Source: Candidatus Heimdallarchaeum endolithica
GTDB lineage: Archaea; Asgardarchaeota; Heimdallarchaeia; Heimdallarchaeales; Heimdallarchaeaceae
Assembly (NCBI GenBank): GCA_021513715.1
Contig: CP084167.1
Coordinates: 352,001 to 416,000, forward strand
Length of the DNA stretch: 64,000 nt
Direction of reading: 5' to 3'
Below the pieces are notes generated by a model. It was not told where the DNA came from, ran no database searches, and was given only the letters and a program-made list of their open reading frames with translations. A program made the position numbers and the translations under genes. The stretch's first letter is position 1, and every line of letters starts with the position of its first letter. Shown here in pieces: positions 19,937-30,843 of this stretch.

Positions 19937-20845
19937 TTGAGTAATAATAGAGCTCAAATTATTTTCGTTTCAGTTTTTGTATTTAGTTTTCTTTTTCCAG
20001 CTCTTATTACTTTAGGAGATAAATGTGAAATTTCGATTGAGCCTGGTGATCAATTTGATTATATTATAGGAAAAAACAATGCTTTCTTAGGAACAATTAA
20101 GATTATATCTTCAGATAATTTAACGTTTAATTTTACTCTTAAGCATCAAACAGGTTCTGAAGTTGTAAGTAGAAGGTATGTTCAGAGTATCCTTTTTCAC
20201 TTTATTGGAAAAGGAAACTATACAATCCAAATAAGAAATCTAGGCGAATATACACTTAAAATAAATTTAAGTGTTGAAACTAAAAATCTAAATCAAGAAA
20301 ACTCAGAAAGATACACTACAGATAATGATTCAGTTTGTTGGCAAATTTTAGCAAACAACAAATATAACATTATTTCATTAAAGGATTTAAAATATGGAGA
20401 GTATGATGCATATGTTGACATAATGGGAGGAATAGGAAACATTAAAGTTTATATTACTCAAACTAATCCTGAAGTTGTTGAAGAATGGCTACTTTATTCT
20501 GACGAATATGAAGTTAATACACAAGCTTTTCTCAGAAAATTTACAATTGATAGAGATTCAAAATACTGGATAATTATAAAATCAGAAGATGAAAAAGAGT
20601 ATCAAGTAACATTAACTCTTATTCTTACTAATTTAAAGAAGGATAATGGAACTATCTTCCTTTTGACAGCTGCAGCATTTATAGCTATGTTAACATTATA
20701 TCTCAATAAGTTAAAAAGAAAGCATACTTACAGAAAATCTGCATCTGCTTTGAAAGCAAGAGAAGAAGGATTAGAGCAATTTAAGAGCTTAAGATTGCAA
20801 AGTGCAGAAGAAATATACTCAAATATTAAACTGAAGAAAAGATAA
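19937..20845 (+). CDS. Hypothetical secreted protein with C-terminal TM anchor
   Basis: N-terminal hydrophobic signal, beta-rich body, TM followed by basic tail. Confidence 0.65.
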   Translation: MSNNRAQIIFVSVFVFSFLFPALITLGDKCEISIEPGDQFDYIIGKNNAFLGTIKIISSDNLTFNFTLKHQTGSEVVSRRYVQSILFHFIGKGNYTIQIRNLGEYTLKINLSVETKNLNQENSERYTTDNDSVCWQILANNKYNIISLKDLKYGEYDAYVDIMGGIGNIKVYITQTNPEVVEEWLLYSDEYEVNTQAFLRKFTIDRDSKYWIIIKSEDEKEYQVTLTLILTNLKKDNGTIFLLTAAAFIAMLTLYLNKLKRKHTYRKSASALKAREEGLEQFKSLRLQSAEEIYSNIKLKKR

Positions 20846-20937
20846 ATATTTTTAGAAAAATACTTTATTCTTTATTTTTTTATCTTCTGCAAAAACAGAG
20901 AATAATAGAAAAAAAGAATGAGTAAAAAAGAAAAGAA

Positions 20938-22173
20938 TTAAAATATTTTTAATTCACGACCAATATTCTCGAACTTGCCTAGAGCCATATCCAACTGTTC
21001 TTTTGATAGTCCTGCGTTCATCATAACACGTATTCTTGCTGTTCCTCGAGGAACCATTGGAAACACAATTGGAAGAGCAAATATTCCTTCTTCCATTAAT
21101 CTGTCACTCATTTTTCTTGCAACATCATTTTCTCCACAAATAACAGGAACGATAGCAGTTGGACATTTTGCTGCTGCAGCTGTTATTTCATGATTGAAAC
21201 CAATATTTACGATTTCTTTTTTGAAGTAGCCACAGTTATCTAATAATTTGGCAACAACAGGCTCAAAATGTTTTGATTTTGGATTCAAAACCTCAAGAGC
21301 ACCGATAGCTGCTCCTGCTACAGATGGAGGATGAGAACCACTTAGTAGGTATGAACGAGCAGTATTCTTTAAATACATTGCTAAATCCTTAGATCCAGTA
21401 ATTGCTCCTCCAATTACACCCATAGCCTTAGAATAGGTATTTAATTCAACATGTACTTTTCCTTGCAATCCAAAGTGATCGACTATTCCCTTTCCTTTCT
21501 TATCTTTTCCTAAAACTCCGTCTCCATGAGCATCATCTACATAGATCATTGCTCCATATTCTTCACAAAGTTTCTGTATTTCGTCTAGAGGAGCCATATC
21601 ACCATCCATGGAAAAAACTCCATCTGTGATAACTAGTATTCTTTTTTCACCATTGGGGTCTGCTTTATCTACTTCTTGTAATCTTTTTTCGAGTTCGCCC
21701 ATATCACAGTGCTTGTAAATTAATTTTTGAGTCTTTGTTAATCTTACTCCATCAATAATTGATCCATGGTTTAATTCATCACTGATGATAAAATCATCTT
21801 TTCTAACTAGAGGAGGGATAGCACCTTCATTAGCAATAAACCCACTCATAAATACAACTGCAGCTTCTTGTTCTTTGAACTCTGCATGTTTTTGCTCCCA
21901 TTCTTCATGAATTGCCATATTTCCAGCAATAGCCCTTACAGAACCAGAACCTACACCTAGCTGTTCTACTGCTTCAAGAGCTCTTTTTTTCAAATGAGGG
22001 TGATTACTTAAGTTTAAATAATTATTTGAACACAACATAAGCAGTTTCTTTCCATCTACAACTACTTCAGGAACAGATGGAGTTTCTAGTTTTCTATGAA
22101 CCCATTCTCTTCCTTCTGCCTGAATTTTCTTGTATTCATCAACTAAAAATTGTGTTGGATTTCTTTTTACCAT
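20938..22173 (-). CDS. kbl: Glycine C-acetyltransferase / alpha-oxoamine synthase (PLP, class I/II)
   Basis: CSNNYL, SDELNHGSIIDG, DGVFSMDG, VDDAHG, TYSKA, PMVPRGTARIR; kbl versus bioF cannot be fully resolved. Confidence 0.8.
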   Translation of the reverse strand: MVKRNPTQFLVDEYKKIQAEGREWVHRKLETPSVPEVVVDGKKLLMLCSNNYLNLSNHPHLKKRALEAVEQLGVGSGSVRAIAGNMAIHEEWEQKHAEFKEQEAAVVFMSGFIANEGAIPPLVRKDDFIISDELNHGSIIDGVRLTKTQKLIYKHCDMGELEKRLQEVDKADPNGEKRILVITDGVFSMDGDMAPLDEIQKLCEEYGAMIYVDDAHGDGVLGKDKKGKGIVDHFGLQGKVHVELNTYSKAMGVIGGAITGSKDLAMYLKNTARSYLLSGSHPPSVAGAAIGALEVLNPKSKHFEPVVAKLLDNCGYFKKEIVNIGFNHEITAAAAKCPTAIVPVICGENDVARKMSDRLMEEGIFALPIVFPMVPRGTARIRVMMNAGLSKEQLDMALGKFENIGRELKIF

Positions 22174-22383
22174 TCTTTTCACTTCTTTAAATTAATTGAG
22201 TACTTGTCAAAGAAGTATTATATAATCTTTGCTCATTCAACATACTCTATATCATTTGGATAGAATTTCACATCACTTCTATTAATATACACTCAAATCA
22301 ATTTTTAGCTATAAAAATTAAAATAATGCTTATTTAAAAGAAAAAAAATTAAACTTATTATAGATTTATTATCAAGTTTTAGA

Positions 22384-23391
22384 AAGCATGTCCAAAAATT
22401 AATTTTTATTAATGTGGGGGTTTATGTCGGAAGTATGACACATTTCCAGATTTTAGACCCCCACAAAGTAATAGAATTCATAATCATTAATGAACCTTTC
22501 CTTAAGAAACTGGTGAAAGAGGAAACGAGAGAAAGTAAGAGAGGGAGAAAGAGAATAGCAGAAAGAAAGATGGGTAATATTAGCAATAACAATCATTGCA
22601 AGAATAGAAGGGATAGCTTGGAGGAAGTTAGAGGAAAAGTTGTCTCTATGCGCTTTTTTGATAGAAGAGGGGTGGATGAGGAATATTCCTTCTAAATCTA
22701 CTTTTCATGCAGTGTGGAGAGCAACAGAAAGTAAAATCTTAGAGCAGAGGATAATAGATTTAAGGGGCGAAATAGTGAGAAAAAAAGGGTTGAAAGCAAT
22801 ATCGGTGGACAGTTCAGGGTTTAAAATTCGTTAAGCTTCTGTTTGGCGTTTTCTCAAGTGGTTAAGAGGGTCACTAAAGAAAACCGCCAAAATTTTCTGG
22901 AACATACACCTTATTATTGGTTTACCCTCCAGAGCAATAGTCTCCCTAGCTCATTCTAATAGTAACACTTACGATAGTAAAGTCTTCGGTTTGCTATGGC
23001 AGAAACTTCCTCCTGCACTCTTGAGACCTTTTTTGAGATTTTATGGTGACTACCCCTACTTGACAGAAAATATCGTCGGTCTTCTTAGCCAACATTCCTT
23101 TTTTCCTGTTATTCCCCAAAAAAGTAATGCTCGTTATCCCTCTCCTCCTCTTGGATCAATAGTTCAAGCTCATCGTCTCTACCCTGATCTCTATCACCAT
23201 AATCACCACCCGAGTATCGTAGTAGTGTTGAACATGTCTTTGGTTTAGTCTCCTCAAACTCTCTCTTCCCCCATCCTTGATCTTTTACCTTCTACTATTC
23301 TTTCTACTCTTTACAGTTTTCTCCTCTGTTACAACTACCTTTTACTCCTTCGTACCGTTTAGCAGGTGAAAAGGAATTTTAAGACATGCTT
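22384..23391 (+). mobile_element. Decayed IS5/IS4-superfamily element with transposase pseudogene
   Basis: TIR AAGCATGTCCAAAAATT / AAGCATGTCTTAAAATT (15/17); fragments give VDSSGF, YDS, YGD and EYRSSVEHVF DDE motifs with frameshifts and an in-frame TAA at 22832-22834. Confidence 0.8.
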
Positions 23392-23726
23392 ATAGTTTAT
23401 TTACTTCAAGACAAAATAATTTAACAAATGAGTATTTTATTTGGAGTTTACAAGCAAATCTAGTAGAAATTGAAAAAAGAAGATTAGAATTTAGTAATGT
23501 ACAAATGTTTTTCAATAGTGGTTCAATTCTTAGACTTATTTTAGGTAGGATTCTCAATGATGAAGGAATAATAGTACTTAATAATCAAAATGATGCAACC
23601 TTGAAACAAATTATTTATTTAAAAGTAAAAAGTATTATTATTATTTAGTTTTTATTTGTTTTTTTGAAGAAATTAGACTACAGCAATTGTAAACCTTTAT
23701 ATATTTAACTTTGTCAGTATCTTTTT

Positions 23727-24569
23727 ATGAAAAATGAAGAATCTTTAATAAATGATTTGAAACTAGGTTTCAGAAAAGTAGGAATTATTTCTATTATAAG
23801 TCTATCTATTTATCTTGCTTTTTCAATTATACAATTTAACTATATTAGTAAAATAACACATGGAATTAATCTTTATTTAGTATCTTTAGCAGGAAATATT
23901 CTTTATTTATTGTTATTAGCTCTGATTTATTTTGTTTTTCTGAACTTAAGAAGTAAGATAAGTAAAATAGAACGGAATAAGGAAAATGTCATATTTAGTA
24001 CATTCACGATAATTGCATTTGTTCTAATATTCTTTGATATTGGATTATATTTAGGTCAATTTTTGTTTAGTTTTTCCAATATGCAAATTTCCAGTATTCT
24101 ATCTATTATTTATGTCATTTTTTACATAATTTTGTTGATAAGTTGCTTTTTTGTATATATTTTCTTTGCACTCTCAATAAATAAAATGAATGGTACAATG
24201 GAAATTGGAGTAATTATCTGGCCAATTGTAATATATGCAATTAGTAAGTCTATTGAAGTAATAATAAAAATTGTAATACAAGTTTTCAATCTAATAGGTG
24301 GCTCTTCTTTAGTTATTTACTCTAGTATAATCTATTCGATCTTTCATTATTTGAATCTGGCTGTTGAAATAATATTTGCTATTAGCATGTTTTTTGTAGC
24401 AAATAATGCAAAAATTTCTTCACTAAACGAAATACCACAGAATGCTCCTTCTTCTTATTCAGGTCCTATAGATAAATCAATGATTCCTCCACAATATTGT
24501 CCTTACTGTGGAACAGAAAATTCTCCTGGCACTAAATTTTGCATAAATTGTGGAAAAGAAATAGATTAG
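23727..24569 (+). CDS. Membrane protein with C-terminal zinc ribbon
   Basis: About 6 TM segments followed by CPYCG...FCINCG. Confidence 0.8.
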   Translation: MKNEESLINDLKLGFRKVGIISIISLSIYLAFSIIQFNYISKITHGINLYLVSLAGNILYLLLLALIYFVFLNLRSKISKIERNKENVIFSTFTIIAFVLIFFDIGLYLGQFLFSFSNMQISSILSIIYVIFYIILLISCFFVYIFFALSINKMNGTMEIGVIIWPIVIYAISKSIEVIIKIVIQVFNLIGGSSLVIYSSIIYSIFHYLNLAVEIIFAISMFFVANNAKISSLNEIPQNAPSSYSGPIDKSMIPPQYCPYCGTENSPGTKFCINCGKEID

Positions 24570-24699
24570 TCTTTTTTTTTAATCTTTTTTAATAATAACA
24601 ATTAACGGAAAAATAATCTTTGGTCTTCTTTCCTTCATCAATTGCTCTTTTTCTGAATATTTTTCTTTCTAGTTTATATATAAATTTCTTTATTATTTA

Positions 24700-25365
24700 T
24701 TGGGATTACTTGGGGTTGGAACTTTGCTAGGGCCACAATATTTAGAATTTATAAATTTATATGTAAAAATAGTCTTACTATCAATACTTGTAAGAGGAAT
24801 ATTCTTTCTTTTACCTGAAAAAGGATATTACTTTTTTAAAGTAGTTGGAATGATATTTAGATATCCTGTTAAAAGATTGTTTTATTTTATTTATGGAGTA
24901 GAAGTTTATAGAATCGACTGGGAGAAAGTAGAGATTGAGTCAAGCAAGGTTGAGGATTTTGATTGTTTATTTACGACAAATATTATTGCACCATTTATTT
25001 TCTTAAGTTCATTTTCAAGTTTCTTCTTATCCTATGGAAGCGAATTATTCGAACAAAAATATTATTGGTTAGGAGGAATTCTTTATTCAATAGGTTTTAT
25101 AATGGTTAGTTTTAGTATCCCAGACTCAAGTGAAGTAAGAATAGTTTTTGATGCTAATTTCCAGTCAAGTGTAAAATTTTTGTTCAAAATAGTTGCCATT
25201 GGAGCTACTTTATTGTTAATTAACAAATTTTATCCTGATCTTCCTTTTTGGATATCATTGATCATTTTAGGATTTATAATTGTTGTACCGTTATATCATT
25301 ATCATGGTATAAAAGGTAAAGAAAAAGAAAGAAATGTTATAATTACAACTGATCCTTTCTTTTAG
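24700..25365 (+). CDS. Hypothetical membrane protein
   Basis: Multiple hydrophobic segments; start uncertain. Confidence 0.55.
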   Translation: MGLLGVGTLLGPQYLEFINLYVKIVLLSILVRGIFFLLPEKGYYFFKVVGMIFRYPVKRLFYFIYGVEVYRIDWEKVEIESSKVEDFDCLFTTNIIAPFIFLSSFSSFFLSYGSELFEQKYYWLGGILYSIGFIMVSFSIPDSSEVRIVFDANFQSSVKFLFKIVAIGATLLLINKFYPDLPFWISLIILGFIIVVPLYHYHGIKGKEKERNVIITTDPFF

Positions 25366-25370
25366 TTTTT

Positions 25371-26981
25371 TTATGCTTTTTTTACTTTTTTAATAATTAG
25401 AAAGGTTATACTTGTAACTACAATTAAACCTCCAATGATGATACCAATATACAATCCCCAATTTGTTTTTTCAACTTCAGTTTGTGGAACTTTGTAATTA
25501 GGTTCTATTCCTAGAGATTTTATTTCTTCTACACTTAAGAATGTTAAAGTTAGTTCATTGTTTTTTGATGAAATTTCAGAAGTACTATTTTCAACTTTTA
25601 TTGTCCAATCGTATGTTTTTAGTTCTGTTGGAGTGAAACTTAATGTGAATTTTTTGGTTTTTCCAACATCTAGTTTATCTATTGTTTCAGTTGTTTTTTC
25701 TCCAAAAGGGTTAGTAAAATCAACTATTATACTCTCATTTAAATTCTCGGTACCTATGTTGCTAATTGAAATGTCGAAGGAAACAGTTTCATTAACTAAA
25801 ACTTGTTTTAGAGTTTGAACATTATCAATTCGAAGATCAACCCCATTTATTTTATTTATTGTAAAACTATCCATTACTGAATAATCTGTTCTAACTGCTT
25901 GAAAATCAATTTGGTTAGGGGTTGCCCTAATAATTGTTGCATGATTTACAGCTTCAGAATAGATAGACTCAGGAATTATATAATCATCAACAACTTTGTA
26001 TACAGGTGCTCCTGCTCCACCTGTTATTATATAAGTGATATTATTTTTTTCTAACCTTTCGTAATAATGTTCGTGTCCAGTAAAAACTAAATCTACATTA
26101 TATTTTTCAAAAATAGGTACAAAAGTCTCGTTAACATCTTGATAATCACCATTGTGGTATCTACTACCAGAAGAAAAAGGAGGGCGATGCATTAGTACTA
26201 CTTTCCATTTACCTTCTTCAACTTGAGAAAGATCATTTTCTAACCATGTTACTTGTTCATCAAAAGTTCCACCATAATATGGAGCACATGTATGTAAAGC
26301 AGAAAAATGAACTGGACCATAATCAAAAGAGTAGTACTCTTCTTTTCCTGGTAATTCAAACATATTATAATAATTTGAATGATTTTTCTCATGGTTACCT
26401 AAAATAGGCATGAAAGGGTTATTTGAAATAAGAGGATAGAAATCTGCAAACCAATCATACCATTGACTCTTCTCTTTACCACTCTCGACCAAATCTCCAG
26501 TAAAAACGCTAAAATCTGGTTGTATGTAATAAACTGTTTCTATAACTTTTCTCCTGTCTTCTCGTAGAGAACGTGAATCTCCCCAAGCAACAAATCTAGC
26601 GTATTCACCGTTATTTCCTGTCTTAAAAGTGAAATCTTTTGTCCATTCATGTTCCTTTATTCCATTATAAATTCTGTAATGGTAGACTGTATCAGGTTCA
26701 AGATTGGTTAGTTCTACATGGTGATAGATACCTTCTGTACCATTAACTTTGTTACCATAATCACTTGTTTTTCCGTATTCTACAACAGAAGGAGCTATAA
26801 CATTTGTTCTCCAACTAATAACCATTGTAGAAGAAGTGTTATCCTTCCAAGAAAGATGAATATTACGTGCGAATGTATCTGGAATACTATCTGCAGATGA
26901 AAGAGACATTAAAGGAAGTGTTGTAGAAGAGCTCAATAAAAATACTAAAGATAGAAAAATAATCTTTTGTCTTGTTTCCAT
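25371..26981 (-). CDS. Purple acid phosphatase-like metallophosphoesterase with FN3 and CARDB-like domains and TM anchor
   Basis: WGDSR, TGDLV, GNHE, HRPP, GHEHYYER; N-terminal ISWRT...YHHVELTNLEPDT.Y.Y. Confidence 0.88.
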   Translation of the reverse strand: METRQKIIFLSLVFLLSSSTTLPLMSLSSADSIPDTFARNIHLSWKDNTSSTMVISWRTNVIAPSVVEYGKTSDYGNKVNGTEGIYHHVELTNLEPDTVYHYRIYNGIKEHEWTKDFTFKTGNNGEYARFVAWGDSRSLREDRRKVIETVYYIQPDFSVFTGDLVESGKEKSQWYDWFADFYPLISNNPFMPILGNHEKNHSNYYNMFELPGKEEYYSFDYGPVHFSALHTCAPYYGGTFDEQVTWLENDLSQVEEGKWKVVLMHRPPFSSGSRYHNGDYQDVNETFVPIFEKYNVDLVFTGHEHYYERLEKNNITYIITGGAGAPVYKVVDDYIIPESIYSEAVNHATIIRATPNQIDFQAVRTDYSVMDSFTINKINGVDLRIDNVQTLKQVLVNETVSFDISISNIGTENLNESIIVDFTNPFGEKTTETIDKLDVGKTKKFTLSFTPTELKTYDWTIKVENSTSEISSKNNELTLTFLSVEEIKSLGIEPNYKVPQTEVEKTNWGLYIGIIIGGLIVVTSITFLIIKKVKKA

Positions 26982-27026
26982 GGAAAACAAAAATGAAAAA
27001 AATATATTAACTTTTTTAAAAAACAA

Positions 27027-27212
27027 TTATTGTTCAGCTTCTCTCATTTTAGCCTCTTTAATTAATTTAGCAGCAGCTAGTTTTCTTCTTAATCTAATAT
27101 CTTTAATTGTAGTATTAATTTTTCTTAATCCTATGAATATTAGTAAGAACAAGAAGCCAAATACAGACATTGTTATGAGCATTGATATTATTGGATTTAA
27201 CACGATTGCCAT
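27027..27212 (-). CDS. Small single-TM hypothetical protein
   Basis: 61-aa ORF with TM plus basic helix; GGTGA just upstream. Confidence 0.55.
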   Translation of the reverse strand: MAIVLNPIISMLITMSVFGFLFLLIFIGLRKINTTIKDIRLRRKLAAAKLIKEAKMREAEQ

Positions 27213-27340
27213 TATTTCACACCAATTTCAAAAAAGAAGAAGCATTTTAAAATATTTCGTTGTATCTCGACTTAATATTTGATTTGATATAAAAAGTATA
27301 GATTACACATTTTGTACTTTGTAGCTTCGTTTATAGCTAG

Positions 27341-28744
27341 TTATACTATTTTCTTTTTTCTTTTTCTTTCTAAAATCAAACAAAGTAATGCTAAAATAGT
27401 AGGTTCTATAAATGAAAAAATTTTTGACGTTTTGGTTAAGAGTAAATCTGTATTTTCTGAATAAACTACTTCATTTAGAACATAAATGTCTTTTGAGTTA
27501 GCTTTTCCATCAATTTTATAGTTCTTACCTATAGAGTTTGAGGGATACCAATAATTACCCACTTTTTCATTTTCATTATACCATTTGTTATTAGATCCAT
27601 CATCATAAGCTTGTGATGTTCCATTTAGATTATTATTGATAAAATCATTCAGGTAAATAATAATATTAGAACTATCTTCATCTAGGAAAATAGCATAATT
27701 TTGGTTGAAAATGAAACTGTTTTTACTTATTATAGTGTTTTTTGTGTTGTTAGAAGTTATACCAACATTATTTTCATTAATTAGGTTTTCAGTTACTATA
27801 AAAGCTTCAGAACTGATTAACTGGATTCCAAATTTTTTTGTTTTATAAATAGTATTTCTTGTTAAATTGACTTCTGAGGACTCTTTATTGTATAATCCAA
27901 TTTGACCTTTTTGAATGTAATTTTTTTTAACTTGGATTTTGTAAGCATTTAGTAAAAAAATAGCAAAGTTTTCATTGTTTAGAAAAAAATTCTTTTTTAG
28001 AATGATTTCAAATGACTTATCTGCAAAAATACCATAATTAGTATGAGAACAATTATTTTCTTCAAATACTAAAAATGAACTAGAAGAAACGAAAATCCCT
28101 TGTAAATTATTTGAGATTTCGTTAGAAACACTTTCTATTGAACTACTTGTTGAAATAACCAAACCAAAGTCAGAGTTATCTTTGAGCTCATTATTACTTA
28201 TCAACACATTTTCACAATTGTACAGATATATTCCTGTTCCTCCTTCATAAAATCCAGAAAAGCTGGAAAAAACTTTATTATTTTTGATTATACAGTTTTC
28301 TGCTCCAAATAATTTTATTCCTAAAAGACAATAATAGATATAATTATTTTCAATTTGAATACAGTTTGAATTTTCTATATTTATAGCTATATCTTCACAT
28401 TCTTGAATAGAATTGTTAAGGATTTTTCCTGTATTGTTGGCTACTTTTTCAATAGATATAGCTTTTTTTCCACTTGATAAAAAGTTATTCTGAATGATGA
28501 AATACTTAGTTGTGTTTTTTATATGAATAAGGTCTGAAAAATAACTGATAGATAAATCTTCGATTAAGAATGGATTGTTTTTGCTTCCATTACCTTTAAA
28601 ATTGTATTTAGAAAAATCTTCATCACATAAAATTTCTATTTTTGTCCTAATTACTTCTTTTGGTTTTTGAGCTCTGATTATGCATTTTACATTTGTGATA
28701 ATTAAAATTATTACGAAAAAGTATATTATTACTCTCTTTTTCAT
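27341..28744 (-). CDS. NosD/CASH beta-helix surface protein
   Basis: Signal peptide, parallel beta-helix repeats, QAYDDG.NN.WY...GNYW, C-terminal TM and basic tail. Confidence 0.82.
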   Translation of the reverse strand: MKKRVIIYFFVIILIITNVKCIIRAQKPKEVIRTKIEILCDEDFSKYNFKGNGSKNNPFLIEDLSISYFSDLIHIKNTTKYFIIQNNFLSSGKKAISIEKVANNTGKILNNSIQECEDIAINIENSNCIQIENNYIYYCLLGIKLFGAENCIIKNNKVFSSFSGFYEGGTGIYLYNCENVLISNNELKDNSDFGLVISTSSSIESVSNEISNNLQGIFVSSSSFLVFEENNCSHTNYGIFADKSFEIILKKNFFLNNENFAIFLLNAYKIQVKKNYIQKGQIGLYNKESSEVNLTRNTIYKTKKFGIQLISSEAFIVTENLINENNVGITSNNTKNTIISKNSFIFNQNYAIFLDEDSSNIIIYLNDFINNNLNGTSQAYDDGSNNKWYNENEKVGNYWYPSNSIGKNYKIDGKANSKDIYVLNEVVYSENTDLLLTKTSKIFSFIEPTILALLCLILERKRKKKIV

Positions 28745-28802
28745 CTGAATTTCTATTTATTTTATCACTAATAACTTATTTGTTTTTTTGTTTTTTAACA
28801 AG

Positions 28803-28827
28803 TGTTGTGCACATGTGCCACACAACA
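28803..28827. promoter_or_regulatory. Palindromic candidate operator upstream of the hydrogenase operon
   Basis: TGTTGTG-N11-CACAACA with inner palindrome CACATGTG in the divergent intergenic region. Confidence 0.35.
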
Positions 28828-28909
28828 AGTCCTTTAAAAAATATGAGTATTGGCACTTAAGAAAGCTATTTCTAAATGTATATATGGGTATCAAAGGAGA
28901 GTCTAAAAC

Positions 28910-29944
28910 TTGAGATATGTAAAGTTAAAAAAAGAAAAAATAAAAGAGTTTTTACTTGCTCTTCAGGATTACGGTGAACTTTATGCGCCAATAAAAGTTT
29001 CAGAGAAATATTTTGATTTTAGAAAGATAACAAATGAGCAAGTAGATGAAGTGGTTTTAGATTATAATCGCACTCTTCGCCCTCCTAGAAGGTTTTTCTT
29101 TCCAGAAAAGGAAGTATTATTCACTTTTAACAGTAAAAAAGTAGAAATGTATGAGAATAAAGAAGCTTTTACTTCTGAACCTGTAGTTTTATTTGGGGTG
29201 CATGCTTGTGATATTGTTGGTTTACGAATAATGGATTCAAGGTTTATTGATGACCAACCAGATCCTTATTACCGTGCTAGAAGAGAAAAAGGAATAATAA
29301 TTGGAATTAGTTGTCTACCTGATGAATATTGTTTTTGTAATGTTCGAAGGGCAGAATTTGTAGATAGTGGATTTGATCTTTTTTTGAGTGAGGTAGAAGA
29401 TGGATATGTTATACGTGTAGGGAGTGTGAAAGGGCATAAAATTATTGATGCTACAGAAAACCTCTATGTTGAAGTAACAAAAAAAGACAGCGATGATTTA
29501 ACAGCTTTTGATGTTAAAAAAAGTAAAATGTTTACAGTTTCTGGAAACTGGGATTCTTTAAGATATACTCTTGAACTAAATGATGAACATCCCGTTATTT
29601 GGATGAGAGAAAGTGAAAAGTGTTTGGGTTGTGGGAATTGTACCATTACTTGTCCTACTTGTAGATGTTATGACGTAAAAGATTATCCTAATTTAGACGG
29701 AGAAACTGGTGTAAGAGTAAGAATATGGGATTCATGTCAATTCAGAGAACACGGTTTAGTTGCAGGAGGGCATAATTTTCGACCAACAAAAGAAAGTAGA
29801 TTCAAGAACAGATACATGTGCAAAAATGCTTATTGTAAAGAAGTTACAACAGCATATTGTGTCGGTTGTGGGAGATGTACGTATTTCTGTCCTGCTGGTA
29901 TAAATTACAAACAGAATTTAATTGAGATTAGAGGTGGAATTTAA
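28910..29944 (+). CDS. hydB: Group 3b [NiFe] hydrogenase (sulfhydrogenase) beta subunit
   Basis: GVHACD, CLGCGNCTITCPTC, CVGCGRCTYFCP. Confidence 0.92.
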   Translation: MRYVKLKKEKIKEFLLALQDYGELYAPIKVSEKYFDFRKITNEQVDEVVLDYNRTLRPPRRFFFPEKEVLFTFNSKKVEMYENKEAFTSEPVVLFGVHACDIVGLRIMDSRFIDDQPDPYYRARREKGIIIGISCLPDEYCFCNVRRAEFVDSGFDLFLSEVEDGYVIRVGSVKGHKIIDATENLYVEVTKKDSDDLTAFDVKKSKMFTVSGNWDSLRYTLELNDEHPVIWMRESEKCLGCGNCTITCPTCRCYDVKDYPNLDGETGVRVRIWDSCQFREHGLVAGGHNFRPTKESRFKNRYMCKNAYCKEVTTAYCVGCGRCTYFCPAGINYKQNLIEIRGGI

Positions 29945-30831
29945 TGACTGAAGAGTTACATAGAAGATATATTCCTGATGGTCAAGATAACCTGTACGAT
30001 ACACATAAATGTAGAGTACTTCGGGTTTATAAGCAAACTGAAATGGATAAAGTATTTTTATTCAGATTCATAGATCAAGAAGTCGGTAAAAATTGGAAGT
30101 TTAAACCAGGTCAATTTGTGGAAGTATCATTGCCTGGAATAGGAGAGGTACCAATATCAATATGCTCTTCTGCAATGAGAATTGGTTTCTTTCAGTTATG
30201 TATCAGGAAAGCAGGTAGAGTTACAACAAAAATACATGAATTAAAACCTGGAGATATTGTGGGAATAAGAGGACCATACGGTAATGGTTTTCCAATGGAG
30301 AAGTTTTTTGGAAGAAATCTGTTGCTTGTTGCAGCAGGATTAGGAATGGCTCCCTTACGTTCTGTTTTCCTTTATGCAATCGATAATAGATGGAGATTTG
30401 GTGATATAACTATTATTAATTCTGCAAAATATGAAAATGAACTTTTATTTGCAAGAGAATTAGAAGCAATGAGAGACATTGCAGAAGCAGAAAATATACA
30501 AATAATTCAGACAGTAACAAGAGAAGATAGTCCTAATAGATTGAAAGGAAGAGCTTCAGAGCATTTAGATAAAGTAATGATTGATCCAAAAAATAGTACT
30601 GTTGCGTTATGTGGGCCTCCTAGGATGTATAAGAGTATGTTTGAAAAACTAGTTGAAATGAATTATGATCCAAGGAGAATATTTGTGACTTTAGAACGAA
30701 GAATGAAATGTGGTATTGGGAAATGTGGACATTGCAATCTAGGAAACTCAACTTCTTGGAAATATGCTTGTATTGATGGACCTGTTTTCGACTACTATGA
30801 CATTATCAGTACTCCTGGAATGTTAGAATAG
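29944..30831 (+). CDS. hydG: Sulfhydrogenase gamma subunit (FAD/NAD(P), 2Fe-2S)
   Basis: RGPYGNGF, AAGLGMAP, LCGPP, MKCGIGKCGHC, DGPVF. Confidence 0.92.
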   Translation: MTEELHRRYIPDGQDNLYDTHKCRVLRVYKQTEMDKVFLFRFIDQEVGKNWKFKPGQFVEVSLPGIGEVPISICSSAMRIGFFQLCIRKAGRVTTKIHELKPGDIVGIRGPYGNGFPMEKFFGRNLLLVAAGLGMAPLRSVFLYAIDNRWRFGDITIINSAKYENELLFARELEAMRDIAEAENIQIIQTVTREDSPNRLKGRASEHLDKVMIDPKNSTVALCGPPRMYKSMFEKLVEMNYDPRRIFVTLERRMKCGIGKCGHCNLGNSTSWKYACIDGPVFDYYDIISTPGMLE

Positions 30832-30843
30832 GAGGAGGAAAAA

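Noticed and set aside
23400-23700. Possible gene remnant right of the IS5-like element
   Set aside because: Only short open stretches with no recognisable motif.
28780-28830. SurR (GTT-N3-AAC) or Rex (TTGTG-N8-CACAA) site upstream of the hydrogenase
   Set aside because: Spacings are N4 and N11 respectively, so neither consensus is met.
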